A stretch of DNA of 63,224 bases, filler included, from Choristocarpus tenellus KU-1152 (lineage: Eukaryota > Protista > Phaeophyceae), in assembly GCA_964200185.2 (NCBI GenBank). It is 9 parts of 9 records of this genome, joined end to end, with 100 filler letters (N's around TTAATTAATTAA, not from the genome) between each part and the next. Parts side by side here need not be neighbours in the genome. Positions count along the whole stretch, not along the records: positions 12,325 to 23,573 come from CAXNAD020002427.1; positions 23,674 to 37,650 come from CAXNAD020001313.1; 7 more parts are not named here. One strand, written 5' to 3'. The notes below the pieces were generated by a model that made no database searches, was not told the origin of the DNA, and saw only the letters and a program-made list of their open reading frames with translations. This document shows positions 13,104 to 25,990 of the stretch, piece after piece. Position numbers and translations under genes: made by a program. The stretch's first letter is position 1. Each line of letters starts with the position of its first letter.

Positions 13104-16100
13104 CTCATTGGTCAGCTTCAATCTGTGGCACAATACACCCGCGAGGTGATTTCGAGCCTCTGCACTTACACAACTTCACCATGGCAAACAAGCAGGCAGG
13201 GAGAACAGGAATAGAGGTGAATAGTGTGCCAAGCAAAACCTACCAGTTAAATACAAAGAGGCGTTGGTCTAGTCTCTTCCCTGTTTGATATTGGATCAGA
13301 TAGGCAAGAATCGGAAGGGGGGAAGGGGGTAGAAATGAAAAAATATGTATGTACTTGAGAGGGACAACGTTTAGTTAGGTCCTTTCAGCAAGTGCTTTTC
13401 GGTGGGCTGGTACCCAAAGCTATCCTAGGGGTTGCAGTAGGGGTTGGTTACAAGCCTTCACTGGTGAGGGCTCAAAATGAACATGTCACACATAGGGGCA
13501 AAGTGGAGTGAGGTCATACATATAAATATAGTTGCCTCTTTGAAGTAGTAGTGTTATTGTAAACAGGGCTATGCTGCTCTAATATCAGCATTGTACACAC
13601 TACCCTAACTCTATACCTACTATCACTTCATTCAGTCTCTAACACTATTGTTAACACTGCTCCAAGTAGCTTTCCCTCAGTAGGTTTCCACTATATGAGT
13701 GATTAGGTTTATCTAGACCAACTTCTTGATGATCCACACACACAAGGTCGAAAAAACCAAATAATGCCAACGCCAACACCATAGTCTAGAGAAACCCCAC
13801 CAATCCCTGGATCTACTCCACAAAACTCAAAATTGCCTTGAAAAATAATAAGAAGTATCATTTGACACCATTTACTCATGAACACACACACTACTGATAA
13901 TATATATACATAATATGTATTGAGTGCGAACCAATGCCTGCTCAAATTGAAAAAAAAAAACTAATCAAGACAAACCAACTTTGCAAGGCGTTTCTGTTCC
14001 TGGCAGAACGTGTGCTGTTTAGGACCTTCGGACGACTGCAATCTCCATCCTGCGCCCTCACAACTAATATAAACCACTTAAAAAAAAAAGAAAAAGTTAG
14101 TCACGACTGAAAAAATATATTAAAAAAATAAATCTGCAGACACTACTGCGATAAGATCAATAAAATAAAATAAAATAAAATAAAACAAAAACAAAACAAA
14201 ACAAAAACAAAACAAGGCGGAAAAGACTCCGACAAAATTTTAATTGAGAATAAATACGGTGAATGATTCGTTCCATTTCAATTAATAAGCAGAGCAGTAC
14301 TAGTAGTGCCGAACCCCCTCAGCGAAGAGACGAATCGAGACAATCGCAACCCATCACGGGATCGGGCTAGAGAGTGTTAGAGAGAGAGAGAGAGTGTTCA
14401 CTGTCGTTGGGTCAATCCCCATCTCTACTCACCCCAGGGCTTCAACGTGGTCAAAATTATCGACCAGTACGGAGAGGCACTTATCGTACAAGGTGCCCAC
14501 TCTCAGCGCCTTTCCCACTTGACTGCCGCTTCCGCTAGGCTCCCACTCAATCTTACGTATTTACAGTTTCATTGACAGTTACGAAAAGAAACAGCAGAGG
14601 GTAACGAGATGCGGTGTTAGTAGGGGACATTGCCAAAGGTTAGGGCCTGAGGTGGGGGCAATAGATACAACAACTCTCTTGCACTAAAATGGCACACAAA
14701 AGAAAGTTGTTTTTTTCTCCTCCCCTTTTTAATAATATATATATATTTATATATATATATATATTTAGATGGGTCTTGTGCCGTACTCCAGCCAAAAACA
14801 CTTACTCACGGGCGCGAAGTCGTGCGTTTCTAAAAAAATGAAAAACAAATGTTTTTGCTTTTTTTTTAAATTCCACTAAACAAAACAAACTAAACCATGC
14901 AGTAAACGCCTCCTATATCTCATCTGGCATCTATATACAAACGCACGAGGTATAGCGTACATCACGTGAGAGTACAGTACTGCAAAGGATGGGGTACGCC
15001 TGACCAACGTTGTGTTGGGTTGACGAATGACCAGCCGCACCCGCTAATATATACTAGTATATACATCGGAACCCTAACCCTAACCCTAACCGACTTTTAA
15101 TGATATTATGCAAAAAAAAATTAAACGAACACATTCATCTCATTTAAAAAAAAATCGAGTTACCACTACTGCTGTGCCAACACCATTTCTAAGCCACAGA
15201 TGCTTCCCATTTGCTTCAGCCTCTAGCCAAGCAAAAACAGTAGTGATGTCTATTATTTGGACAGCATGAATAGCCCCATTAAAACAACTGACTACATGGG
15301 ACCAGAAGACACAGTGCTGTAAAATTGGCCTGAACCGGTTGGCGACTTCTACTTCCTCTTGCCACCTCCTCTTCTGTAACCAGGAACTAGTCCTGAATAC
15401 TCTTGGCAGTGTTGTTCTTCTATTGCAAGAACTGATCTCTCATCTGTTTCAAGCACGCAGAACACAAGACAGTTTCCTTTCCATCTTTTCCGAATCCTAC
15501 AATTCAGCCAGCAAGTACTTGAGACGGACTGTGCATGTCAACGCAATCCCCTAGAGAACAAAAAATGTCTCAGAACAGCTTGCCGCCCCTGAGAAGGATT
15601 TCCAGGTCACAGGCCTCAGGTCACAGAATCATCACCAAGACTCGTGTGAAATATGAGGGACCCTTATTACCTGGGACATGCTGTCAACATCATCCATCCC
15701 CAAACGCCATCTCCATACTACAGACCCCAGGCAATGTAACTACAGTTACACTGAGATGGGTTGCTTGAAATTCTCTACAAACTCCTGCTGTTCTCGATGC
15801 TTTCAACTTTGTAGTGAATGTCTTATCGATGACATGAAGGGACTGAAGCCTATCAACACGACCCTATCTCTCTTCCCAACACTTGATTCTTAAGAAAACA
15901 GATTTGGAATGCACTTTCCTCCTGTGTTGGAAACATGGTTGATTTTGTGTTTTTAAATTTCCTCAATTGACAAAAAAATATATATTTCCAAAAGCTCTTC
16001 CACAACACGCCTTCCCAGTAATAGCCAAAACAAGCCCGGGGACTGACTCGTTTTATTTTCTCAATGTCTGCACATCTTGACATACCTATGTACCTGTATA

Positions 16101-17866
16101 TATACATACCTATGTACCTGTATATCTACAATTATTACATGCTTGTTAAAAACAAAAAGTCCAAGGATAATAGATCTTCTGACCTTGACAACCGTGGGCT
16201 TGCCATCTTCTTCATCACTCTCCTCCTCCACGTTGCCCTGGAGCCGTTCCTCCCGTGCTGTAGCCGCAGCCTCCCGCTCTTTCAAAAGCTGTCCAAGGTC
16301 GAAGTAAGAAAGTGTGTGTGTGTGTGCACAGGTTGGGGACATTGACAATACAGGCAAGGTATACCTCATTGGTTGAACAAAAGTACATCATCAGCTGTAA
16401 CTTTCCTTGTGAATAACCTCTGGTCTGCACTCACCCAACCCAACACTCAAAATACACCATGGATTTCTATTATTTACTACAAAAGGAAACATTTGCAAGA
16501 AACAGTGCCTGCGCATGCTACTTCAAGTGCCACCTTTCTGTCCCGTGCTTGTCCCCCCCCCCCTACACCACTAATGACATCACTAAAAATAGCACTACTT
16601 GGAACAAAATGAAGCAAACTCTTCAGTACCACCATAAAAAATATATAAAACAACCACAGGTGTGGACTAAGTCTCAACCGGAGGCATACCAAAAGCAAAC
16701 CGTATTCTGTGCTGCATATCGGAGTACCATTAATTCAGTACAAAAGAGCACACAAGGAAGTACTCCAGAGTGATACCAATTTGTACACCATAACTCTGCT
16801 GTAAACACACATGTCAAATGATGGTGCCCTCCACTCAAGTTCCAATTGCAGCAAAGGGGGCCGTGCTCCAGAGAACATGTGAGTGTATGTATGTATGTAC
16901 ATGTGTGTGTATCTTCAATGTACATATACAAAGGATACTCTCTTCACCTCTTTCTACATCTATGTGCACCTCCAACCAGTTTTATTCACAGCACACAAGG
17001 TCAACCCTACCACACCATGAGTAAACAAACCTTCACAGCTTTATATGACACATGTCCTACAAATTTTGACTGTCTGTAAGACGATCAATCCCCCATTAGT
17101 TTAGATAGGAGGGGCCGGGCAGGGGGGGGGGAAGGGTTGGAACCGCAGGAGTCGCTTCAGACTCGACAATCTTGTTCGTTTACGTTTTTTTCAACTAGGA
17201 GGAAAATACATCGACTGTTCAATTCAAAAAATAAAACAAAGACTGCAGTCGGCCGGTGAGTCTGACCAATCAAATTCAGTACATACTCCATATCTTTCCC
17301 CTCTTTCTGAAAGCAAAGAGAAATAGCAGGTTCAGTTTTTACCTGCCCTTTACCACTTATCCACTTTATCACATTTCCATCCTCCATTCAAAGTACTAAA
17401 ATAAAGGGGGGGAGACTTGTTTTGGGGGGGGGGTGGTTCTCTTAACACTTTCCGAGAGGCGTTATTTGCATGCATCACAATCAAGTAGTAGAAAATCACA
17501 ATAGTATAGATATGCCCCTTCCCTTTTTCCTTTCTTGTGCATACACTGGTAAGGTAGAAACAGCACACTACGAAGCTCGTCAACTATCAACTTCATTCTT
17601 TCAGCAGGGTCAACCTTCTTTTTGGTCACTCACTTTGTCATCTCTCAAAACAGTTTCAAAAATAAAAAAGCTCACACACACAAATACAAAGACACATTAG
17701 TAGTAGTAGTGTGAGGGTAAGGCAAATGGATCATACAGTCAACCGAAACATTGATCTCTTTCCAAGCCATAGACATCGAATCAGTAAATATAATTCATAG
17801 CTTCAAGTTGTACTTGCCACAGCATTGCCAGGTGACACCCTACTACTATGAAAGATGAAAAAGACA

Positions 17867-17897
<31 letters not shown>

Positions 17898-20454
17898 GAA
17901 TACTCCTCATTCCCGAAAGGTTGAAAGTACCAAGTTGGAGTAAGGGCATTGTGTACAAACTGTTGTGCAAATAGTACTGGGAAAATTCCGCAATAGTTGG
18001 ACTTTTGTGACACATAGTCTTCTTCTAGAAGTAATGACAAAATATGGGGGAATCGGCAAGCACTCGACTTACAAGACATCAAACCTACGCCTTCCTTGAA
18101 ATTAAGGATCCCTTAAGAGAAAGTTTGGGGAATACTCAGCATCGGTAAATATTCTCTACCAAAACCATGAGAAGAACAGATATGTTGGCAAATGCTTGTG
18201 GCAGCAACCGTCAACCACTGCAAAGTCCCCTACAAGTTCAATTCTCAGAGGTAATGCACATGCAGTCCCTACATTCATGGTCTTTGGGATTACATTCTTT
18301 AGCCTTTGCAGTAGAGGCTGACAAATAGATATCAAACACCGCACACAGGACAAATTATTACACAGAAAAACAAAAACATCTACAACAGAAACCCATAGTT
18401 GTCATGTTACTACTCTCATCCAATACTAAAATGACAATCACATCTTCGTCTCACAATGTCTCCATAAATTATAGGTCCATCAAGTCACTCCTGTGTGTTG
18501 TACAACATTACTCTCATTCAGTCTATTTCAGCCAACAAAACACTACACATATACTCAAGTGACGATACATAAAACACAATGCTCTACCAGGCTGTGAGAA
18601 GTACCTGGAGGTAGAGATTCTAACTTATCACAATTTGTTGCTTTCGTGTCTGTGCATGACTCAGTTCCAAGTCAGGATAACATGTGTCACGCCTTCACAA
18701 GAACGTACAAGACTTATACTTTGTATTCTACATACAATATACAACTGGCCACAATATTAGTGACTACTGTAGATACTCAACTCACACATGGAAGCACGCA
18801 TTTAGATACCAACAGATGGAATGTACAGGGAAACACCAAGAGTTGCAATTCACAACTGGCAAAGAGAGCAATCACTCTCATATTGTCAACCAATATCGAA
18901 GGGAAGGAGGTGACATATTCAGGTCCAACAGTCCACTTACCCTCCTAGCTTCATTAAATGGTCCGGGCCACATCTCTCTTTCGCCCTCCTTCACTCTCCC
19001 ATCCATACCCACACCAGGCCCTGTGCCATTTCCACCTAGACTTCTTCGCCTGTCACCACTGCCCTGACCATGTCCTTGACCAAAACTTGTGCTGCCTCCC
19101 ATGGGAGTAGAGGAGGCATTACTCTTGTCAGCACGAGCAAAGTGAGCAGCACGGTTTCGTGCCACCTGATGTGGTTGTATGGATCAAAAATCGCAGGTTG
19201 GTACTGAAGTTAGATCCAGAATTAGGACCAGCACAAAAACTTGTGTTTGATGTGGATATGTTGTTCAGAATCCGTCCGGGTGCTGTACGACTAGATGTGC
19301 AGACCTTGACCGATGGTGTTACTAGATTGATTCGAATCGACGGGTGCCTGGCTTGTTATGTTGGGAGGTGGGCACACTGACAAGAGTTATCTGTGGACTG
19401 GACAGACCTTCGCTAAGGTGTATTGGACCATGCGAGTGTGTACTAATAAATCAGATCATAAGGTCTGTAGTGGTGTGACAACGTCGTATAGATGAATGTA
19501 CTTGCCAGCAGCTCCTCAAGTTAAGGAGTGAAGCTCAATTTGGTGTCAGGGTACAATTGGGGAGAAAATCTGCCAAGAAGTTTACCAAGGCTTTACCTGC
19601 GCATAGGCTGCCCTTCGCGTCGTGCTGCGGGATGCAACGCCAACACTCTCCCCTGCTTCATTTTCGTTAGTCTCTTTCGTGTCTATACCAGAACCTCTGC
19701 CCTCTTCATCGTTGGCTTCAGTCACCGTACTCTTCACCAGAGTGGATGAGATGGCAGCTTTCTTCTGTTTTGGGCTAGGGGTAGGGGAGGTGGAAGACCC
19801 TTCGACTTGGTTGGTGGGCTGGGTTTCATCTTGAGCCCCACGCTTCCGACCCTGTGCGATTCATTGATGTAAAAAATGTTGTTAATATCAGCGGTAATAA
19901 TGCCATTAGATCATCCTCCATTCCTGTTAGTCCTGATCTATCACTAACAACTAAGAGTCAAGGAAAGTCGTATGGTAGGTTGGTCGATGCTTGGGGGTAG
20001 GCGTCACGTCAGGTACTCTGAGGTACCCCCCAAAAAAGTAAAACGATTGCAGGGACATCGTCTTGAGGGAAGGGCGAACTTTGATAATGCCTACATCCAA
20101 CACACGTAGAAGTGTACTCGTGTACCATAGAAGTCAACTCTTGTCATTACCTTGAATTTATCCATATGGTGAATAAACCCTTCACGTACTTGACCACCTT
20201 GATTTCATTGGTCGTGATCTACGAAAAGAAACCACTAAAGCAGTCTAATCTCAACCTTCGTCCTCTTACTTAATCTTACAAACGCAAATGTGGGCAGTTC
20301 CACTCATCTTTCGCACCTCTTTCCCATCCTGTGATTCAAGTTGCTTCGAGGATCGAACCGAAGACGAGCTTCTCCTCGATCGACTGCCACCCGTGGGTTC
20401 TTCCTTGTCGGATCCGACATTATAGGCCTGCAAGCTCTTAAGCATGCGAGACAT
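13104..20454 (-). CDS. RAD7: RAD7/Rhp7-like DNA repair protein, 5' part (6 exons; the LRR region is not seen on this contig)
   Basis: Phase-compatible GT-AG exons 20454-20317, 19851-19597, 19165-18941, 16288-16184, 14551-14433, 13173-13104. The spliced protein contains VARNRAAHFAR, MWPGPFNEARRLLKEREAA and IEWEP...VGTLYDKCLSVLVDNFDHVEALGCVSAEARNHLAGVLCHRLKLTNE. These resemble plant RAD7-like motifs (ASRFA, WPGPFSTA, VPSL-x2-LC-x2-VL-x2-N-x3-I-x-SLG). A further candidate exon is 12778-12677. Confidence 0.72.
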
Positions 20455-23400
20455 GCGATTTCTTTTGTGCTTGATCTTTCTGTCTTGGTCAAAAGGTGTA
20501 TCAAGTCCATCTCCAAACTGACACCTCACTTCACACTCCTCGGTAGCCGTGTTAACGGCAAACGAAAGGATTGTTCAAATTCAAATTCTAATCTTCCAAA
20601 AAGATACAAGTTTAATACCACATACTATTATTCTATAATATATCTTTGCAATACATGAGCATATAAAAAATAAGGGTAAACCAAACAGTACTAGTTGTTA
20701 GAAATGGGTCTACGGAACACATGGAAATATACCATTCAGCTAGGACGCTGAACAGACAGATATGGTTTTCTACATGGTAAGAAATTTCCCACAACACACA
20801 CCATCACCCCACATTTTGATATTGTATCTCCATAAAGTATGGTACGTTAACTTCGTTGGAGAATAGGTGCCAAGTTGTGAAGCTTTAGTACCTATAGGAC
20901 TACTACATCTTAAGAAGAAGAGGGGTGGTGTGCTGTTGGGCTGGTATTGTCAAGCTCTTACCGAATATCTCGAGTCTCTTTATCTCCACAGAAAAAGCCC
21001 TCTTGTGGGTACAGAAAACCAGGTGATGGCTCCCCATGACATATCCTAACGACACGGTCTGGTTGGTTGCAGTAGTTAACTTCATGATTTCAAAGTGAGG
21101 TTCATGGGTATTTTTCTTGGTTCTTGGGATGATGATGTGACCAGTGTTCATGATCGATATGGTTCAATTTAGGTGGATGTGCATTTCGAGCTGAAAAGCT
21201 CAATCCCTTTCCAATCATGCCCTTCAAAGTTTGAAGCACTCCTTCATAGTTTTGTAGACACATATTCATAGGTTACCTCTTATCATTTGGGACGAAGATC
21301 CGGAATTGACCAACCTCTTCATCTGCCCACAATCGAGCTTTCCCTTCACTACCCACACAGCCCATATGGGTGTGCAATGTCTCGATCTTTCGCATTCACA
21401 TCTATCCATTTTGTTGTGACTTATACTGACGGATCTGGCTCCACTTGAGAGGTTTCCAGGTGATAGTGTTCTCACACTCGCAGGCATGAGGTTAAAATTA
21501 CATCTGGTACAAACTTGTCTCCTTTTCTTTTCTCGGCACAACAGGACCTGGACCTGCCTTTAGGATGATTTCTGGACGAAGTCCCATGGTAAAGGTACCT
21601 ACCTCCACGTTGATGGGGAATAATTCCAGGGCAGCGGGAGACGATAGACATATACGCATAAGACGGGGGTAGATAGCTGACTCGTTCATGAATCCCTACT
21701 AACAGGAGCCTGCTGTCAATGAGAACTAGTGTACTTACAGATAACGTATCTACATTGCATCTTTATATATCGACTCAGAAGAGAAGGAAACATACACGTG
21801 AACAGGATCTCTTCTCCTTTATCATATACTCTGCTTCTCATCTCTTGTCAGAAAGGAATGCGAAATTGCGCGTGGCCCCCCCATGTCCTCAAACGTAACT
21901 GCCAACCTCCTAACCTCTTCCCCACAAAGTAGAGATCGTCAAACTTCGGAAGCAGGAAGTGGGTCTGGAACAGGTGCCTCGTCACCCCTCTTGCCACTTC
22001 CCACCCACAGCTTGTGGAATGGGACAATGATGAAACCCTTCCCGATAATCACCTTTTTTGAAACCTTGGTATCATTACTGGGTCAACAGTATGGGATTGT
22101 ATCTGTACCATCATACAACACTGTAGACAAATGCTTGTCCCAGCTGGGATTGTCAGTGCTGGGCTGTTGTGTACCGGGCTCTTTGCCTCTTCAAGTTTCA
22201 AGAGTACATTGGTGGCAGCTTGAGATTGCGCTTGGTTTTTGACTAAACAACCCCTGCCTCCTCCACCCGCATGTCACCTGTATCTATCCCTCTACTGTCA
22301 TCTGTCAGCCTGCAGATCTGCAGGCGACACTGGAAATGCCAATGATGAGGGAGCAGATGTCCCAGCGGAGTACATCTGCTGTAGTTGATACTCTGTCAGA
22401 GGGATCTTCAGTAGAAGAGGTGAGTTTTTCGAATTTGACAAGGCTTACTATGAATTTGGCGGACAAACAGATTGAACAGTGTACTGGGTGTTGATGCACA
22501 TATTTTTTCCTTATATGCTCTGTACTGACTTTGATGTGAATTTCTAGTCCTTGGTGCAGTAATGTAGTGTGCCTTGGAGTGTGCAGGGAGGACCTATCTG
22601 CTCTGAGTCCTTCCATTTTAGTCGACTTGGATCAAAGTCGTTACAGGTGAAGGAGCAACCTACATTGGACTAGCTTCACTTGAATTGCAACCAAGTAGAT
22701 ACCATTGCTGCACACTGCTTGGTGCTTTGTGTCTTGGATTTTCCATTTCATCAATTTTTGGGGGGGGGGTTATGCCATGTGTACATCATTGTTATCTAGG
22801 GACTTAATAATCAAGTTTTGTATTGTATACTGCTACTTCGCAGGCATATAGAGCTACCTACATTTTGGGCAGCCATGTTGGATTTTCTTGGGTAAAAACA
22901 CCCCCACTTGCATCAATGCAATCCTTTATACTTGTTTGGACTTCGTGCAGTTCAGAAAGACCCTAACCCTGAACGACATGTTTGACAGGTTGTTGACCCT
23001 CCAGAGGGTGTCACATTTGAGGGGATGATTGATATTCGTCGCAATGTGAGTGACATAGATTGGCATGGGAGGCATAGCTAGTCATGATAGTGCCAGATGC
23101 CAGATGGCTGGGTTGGGATAACATTTTTGCTGGGACTGGGGTTTGGGCTATGGTAGGGTCTCCTGGGTAAGAAAGAGTAAATGACGGATCCCAAGAAGTA
23201 TTAGGCAATGGTGGGTAATCATGAAGAATCCAAACATAGGATATAGAGGTCACGTCTCTTTTTTGAAGCTGCACAAGATGGTACAGCTGTCTCTTGGGCT
23301 GTGCATTTTACCCTCAAGCTTTGATTGAGGGTGTTGATCACTAGACAACAGATTTGATGGGAAATGAGGAGACCCTTGACGCAATTGTGGTTTTCTAGGG

Positions 23401-25057
23401 AGGGTTGATGAGGTAAAAGTAAAACATAAGCTCTTTTACATGGTGTGGAAAACACCTTGACCTCTCACAGTAATAGATTATTGGCCACCCATGTCTATAC
23501 CAACCCCCCCCCCCCCTTCCCTCCCACCCTCCTCGCTCCTAACCGCATTGATGACCAGTGCCTGAACATAGACNNNNNNNNNNNNNNNNNNNNNNNNNNN
23601 NNNNNNNNNNNNNNNNNTTAATTAATTAANNNNNNNNNNNNNNNNNNNNNNNNNNNNNNNNNNNNNNNNNNNNAAAAGGGAAAATCGAAAAAAGGGTGAA
23701 AAACGGACGCCGACACCCCCCCCCCTGATAATTTGACCCTGATGTGTGTTTGTCTGGAGTTAGTGTTGAATGATAGAGCTCTACTACCCCAGTACGAACA
23801 TGTGCGATCTTTCACGCTACAGAGTCAGACACATTGGGATTGGGCTACACTATGGTGCCACCCTCATCCAAGGTTTTCTCAAAATCTAGGATTTCAAGCT
23901 CACAATGGTACTTATGTAACCACCATTATAACCCTTCGCCTATGACATATCTGCATCCACGAGACCTTTGGGAGGAAGTTCTGCTTTACCCTTGATAATA
24001 ATGACATGGTGGTGCCTTGGGTTATTGGAAGACTAACTCATTTTGTAGCAGCAGTAGTACAACAGTAGTACACTACACGCAATATATAGCAGGTACAATA
24101 TCTAAGCTTTCCTTTATATGCCGCGTGGTTTCCTATGTCTTCTCAATCGTCCTTTCCACTTGCAAAAGGCTGGCTCTGTGAACCTCTTTCTTGCCGACTC
24201 TAAATTCCTCATGCCAACACTTGTACTGCTCCACCATACTGGCTTGGTTCATCTCGTGTCTACCTACCAAGTTTGATACTTCACCTTTCTGGGCTGATGA
24301 AAATCGTTTCCTTTGGCCAGTGCCACTTGATGTATCCTTATGCACTCCCCCTTGCACTTTTCTGTGATTCACAAGGCACTTCCCCCAACTATGTGGACAG
24401 CACTTCCAAAAGACTACTCTGTACTGGACAACTATAACTTGTTGAATGACAGGAGGCCGTTTCTGATTGGACGAGAAGTATTCTTATTGATATACAACAG
24501 GCTCGTTGCCACTAGTGCCCCCGTCACCCTTCTCCTCTTAGGGGAGTGTGACAATCAAAAGCACAAAGCCTTCTTCATCTCATCGACCCACCCAGATCTA
24601 CGCTGACACAATTTCTATAGACTAGTGTGTCCACACTAACTACATGCCCCACGAAGTGTGGCGGTCCCGATGTGACCCCAAGAATGAGACGGGGTCCTTT
24701 CACTGTGCATAGCATGGAAAAAGTACACAGATGTACACACAGGAAGGCCACTTGTTACAACACGCCCCAAAGCTTACCTCCAAGGGATATATAGCCCCAA
24801 TCCACAGAGCTATAGATGGCGCTGATGCCTGTACAGGACTCCTGAGATACTCCGACAGTCAAAAGGTCCAACAAGGATGATGAATATCAGGACAGCAGAT
24901 GAAGGTATACTTACATTCAATATAAACGTTACAGCATAGATTAAAGAAAGTCGCCAATTTCGGGGTAAATTCACTTCAGCAGGGACTGGAATAATTAGAC
25001 TCAAATGGGATTTTACAGCTCCCTTTCCGATGAACTATAACATTGTCGTTACAGAAA

Positions 25058-25060
<3 letters not shown>

Positions 25061-25088
<28 letters not shown>
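25061..25088. repeat. (GT)n microsatellite
   Basis: Read directly from the sequence. Confidence 0.95.
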
Positions 25089-25089
25089 C

Positions 25090-25990
25090 AAGACCGTCAA
25101 AGGTTTCTTCTGTTCTTCAATGAAGGTTATGAGTTTATGAGGTTAATACTAACAGGGTCGAAGATCCCTGGGCGTCTTCTACAGAAACAGTGATATGCCA
25201 TTGATGATTTGTGTAGATGGGAATTGATAAAAAATACTATAACTGTCTGATCTAATTGAATTTTATTGAAAATGTATGAAGATGTTTTCCTCTTTGAAGA
25301 CCAGAATATTTATTTTATATAAATGAATTTATTCCAAGCTTCAAATAATCCCGAAGTCTCGATCTCCACTAGATTTCAAGATCGAACCTATATCACAACA
25401 GCCCCTGTAAAAGTAAGACTTCATAGTAGCGTATTATTTACCCTCTTACATTTAATAGATGTGTTAGGGAAAATTACTCATGGAACGATTTCAATTGTAC
25501 CTGTCAAGTAGGTATAGAAGGGCTATCATTTTAAGGTATATTTGTCCCATTCATTAAAAACGAAACTTTGTTCTGATAGAATAGAAGCGAAAAGATTATT
25601 TCAGGAGTTCAGGTAGTTTAAAGAAGAGTATTCATATATATATTTAGGTTTTTGTGAACTATTCCTGTTATGATTAATGACTCTCACATTTTCCGAATGC
25701 GTTAGGTGTGAGAGCAATCTACTTCTTTCACAATAGTGATAGCGGTTCGCTGACTCTATAACATCGGTATTTCCTTCGGGGCAATAAATCTGTAGAAAAG
25801 TAGAGAGAAGGAGTTCAAGTATGTCAATGGATAATCCACAACAAGAAAATGTTATTCTGAGTATTTTAGATGCCAATCAATATAAAGTGGTGTAAGATTC
25901 TTGTATTGGACCAATTCTATCATAGAACATCTGAAAGAACACTCTTGACAACTTCAAACATCTTCAAACATATAACATTGCCACACTAGA
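25090..25990 (-). pseudogene. Endogenous viral element 2: decayed bunya-like L protein fragment (region upstream of motif F)
   Basis: AT-rich decayed frame MFYDRIGPIQESYTTLY*LASKILR...LLLSTFLQIYCPEGNTDVIESANRYHYCE, then KHLHTFSIKF (HTFSIK at 25278-25261). This parallels STTVVIFLDSRKSDMLESFAKRLIAED and LLHSLSI in the 49-51 kb element, and the phenuivirus LED-x-RY-x2-ME and HEFS blocks. Confidence 0.55.

Noticed and set aside
16081-16128. 24-bp tandem duplication; also (CAAGCAAA)n at about 44693, a 14-bp duplication at about 48580 and a 12-bp repeat at about 58149
   Set aside because: Ordinary slippage repeats in introns or decayed DNA.
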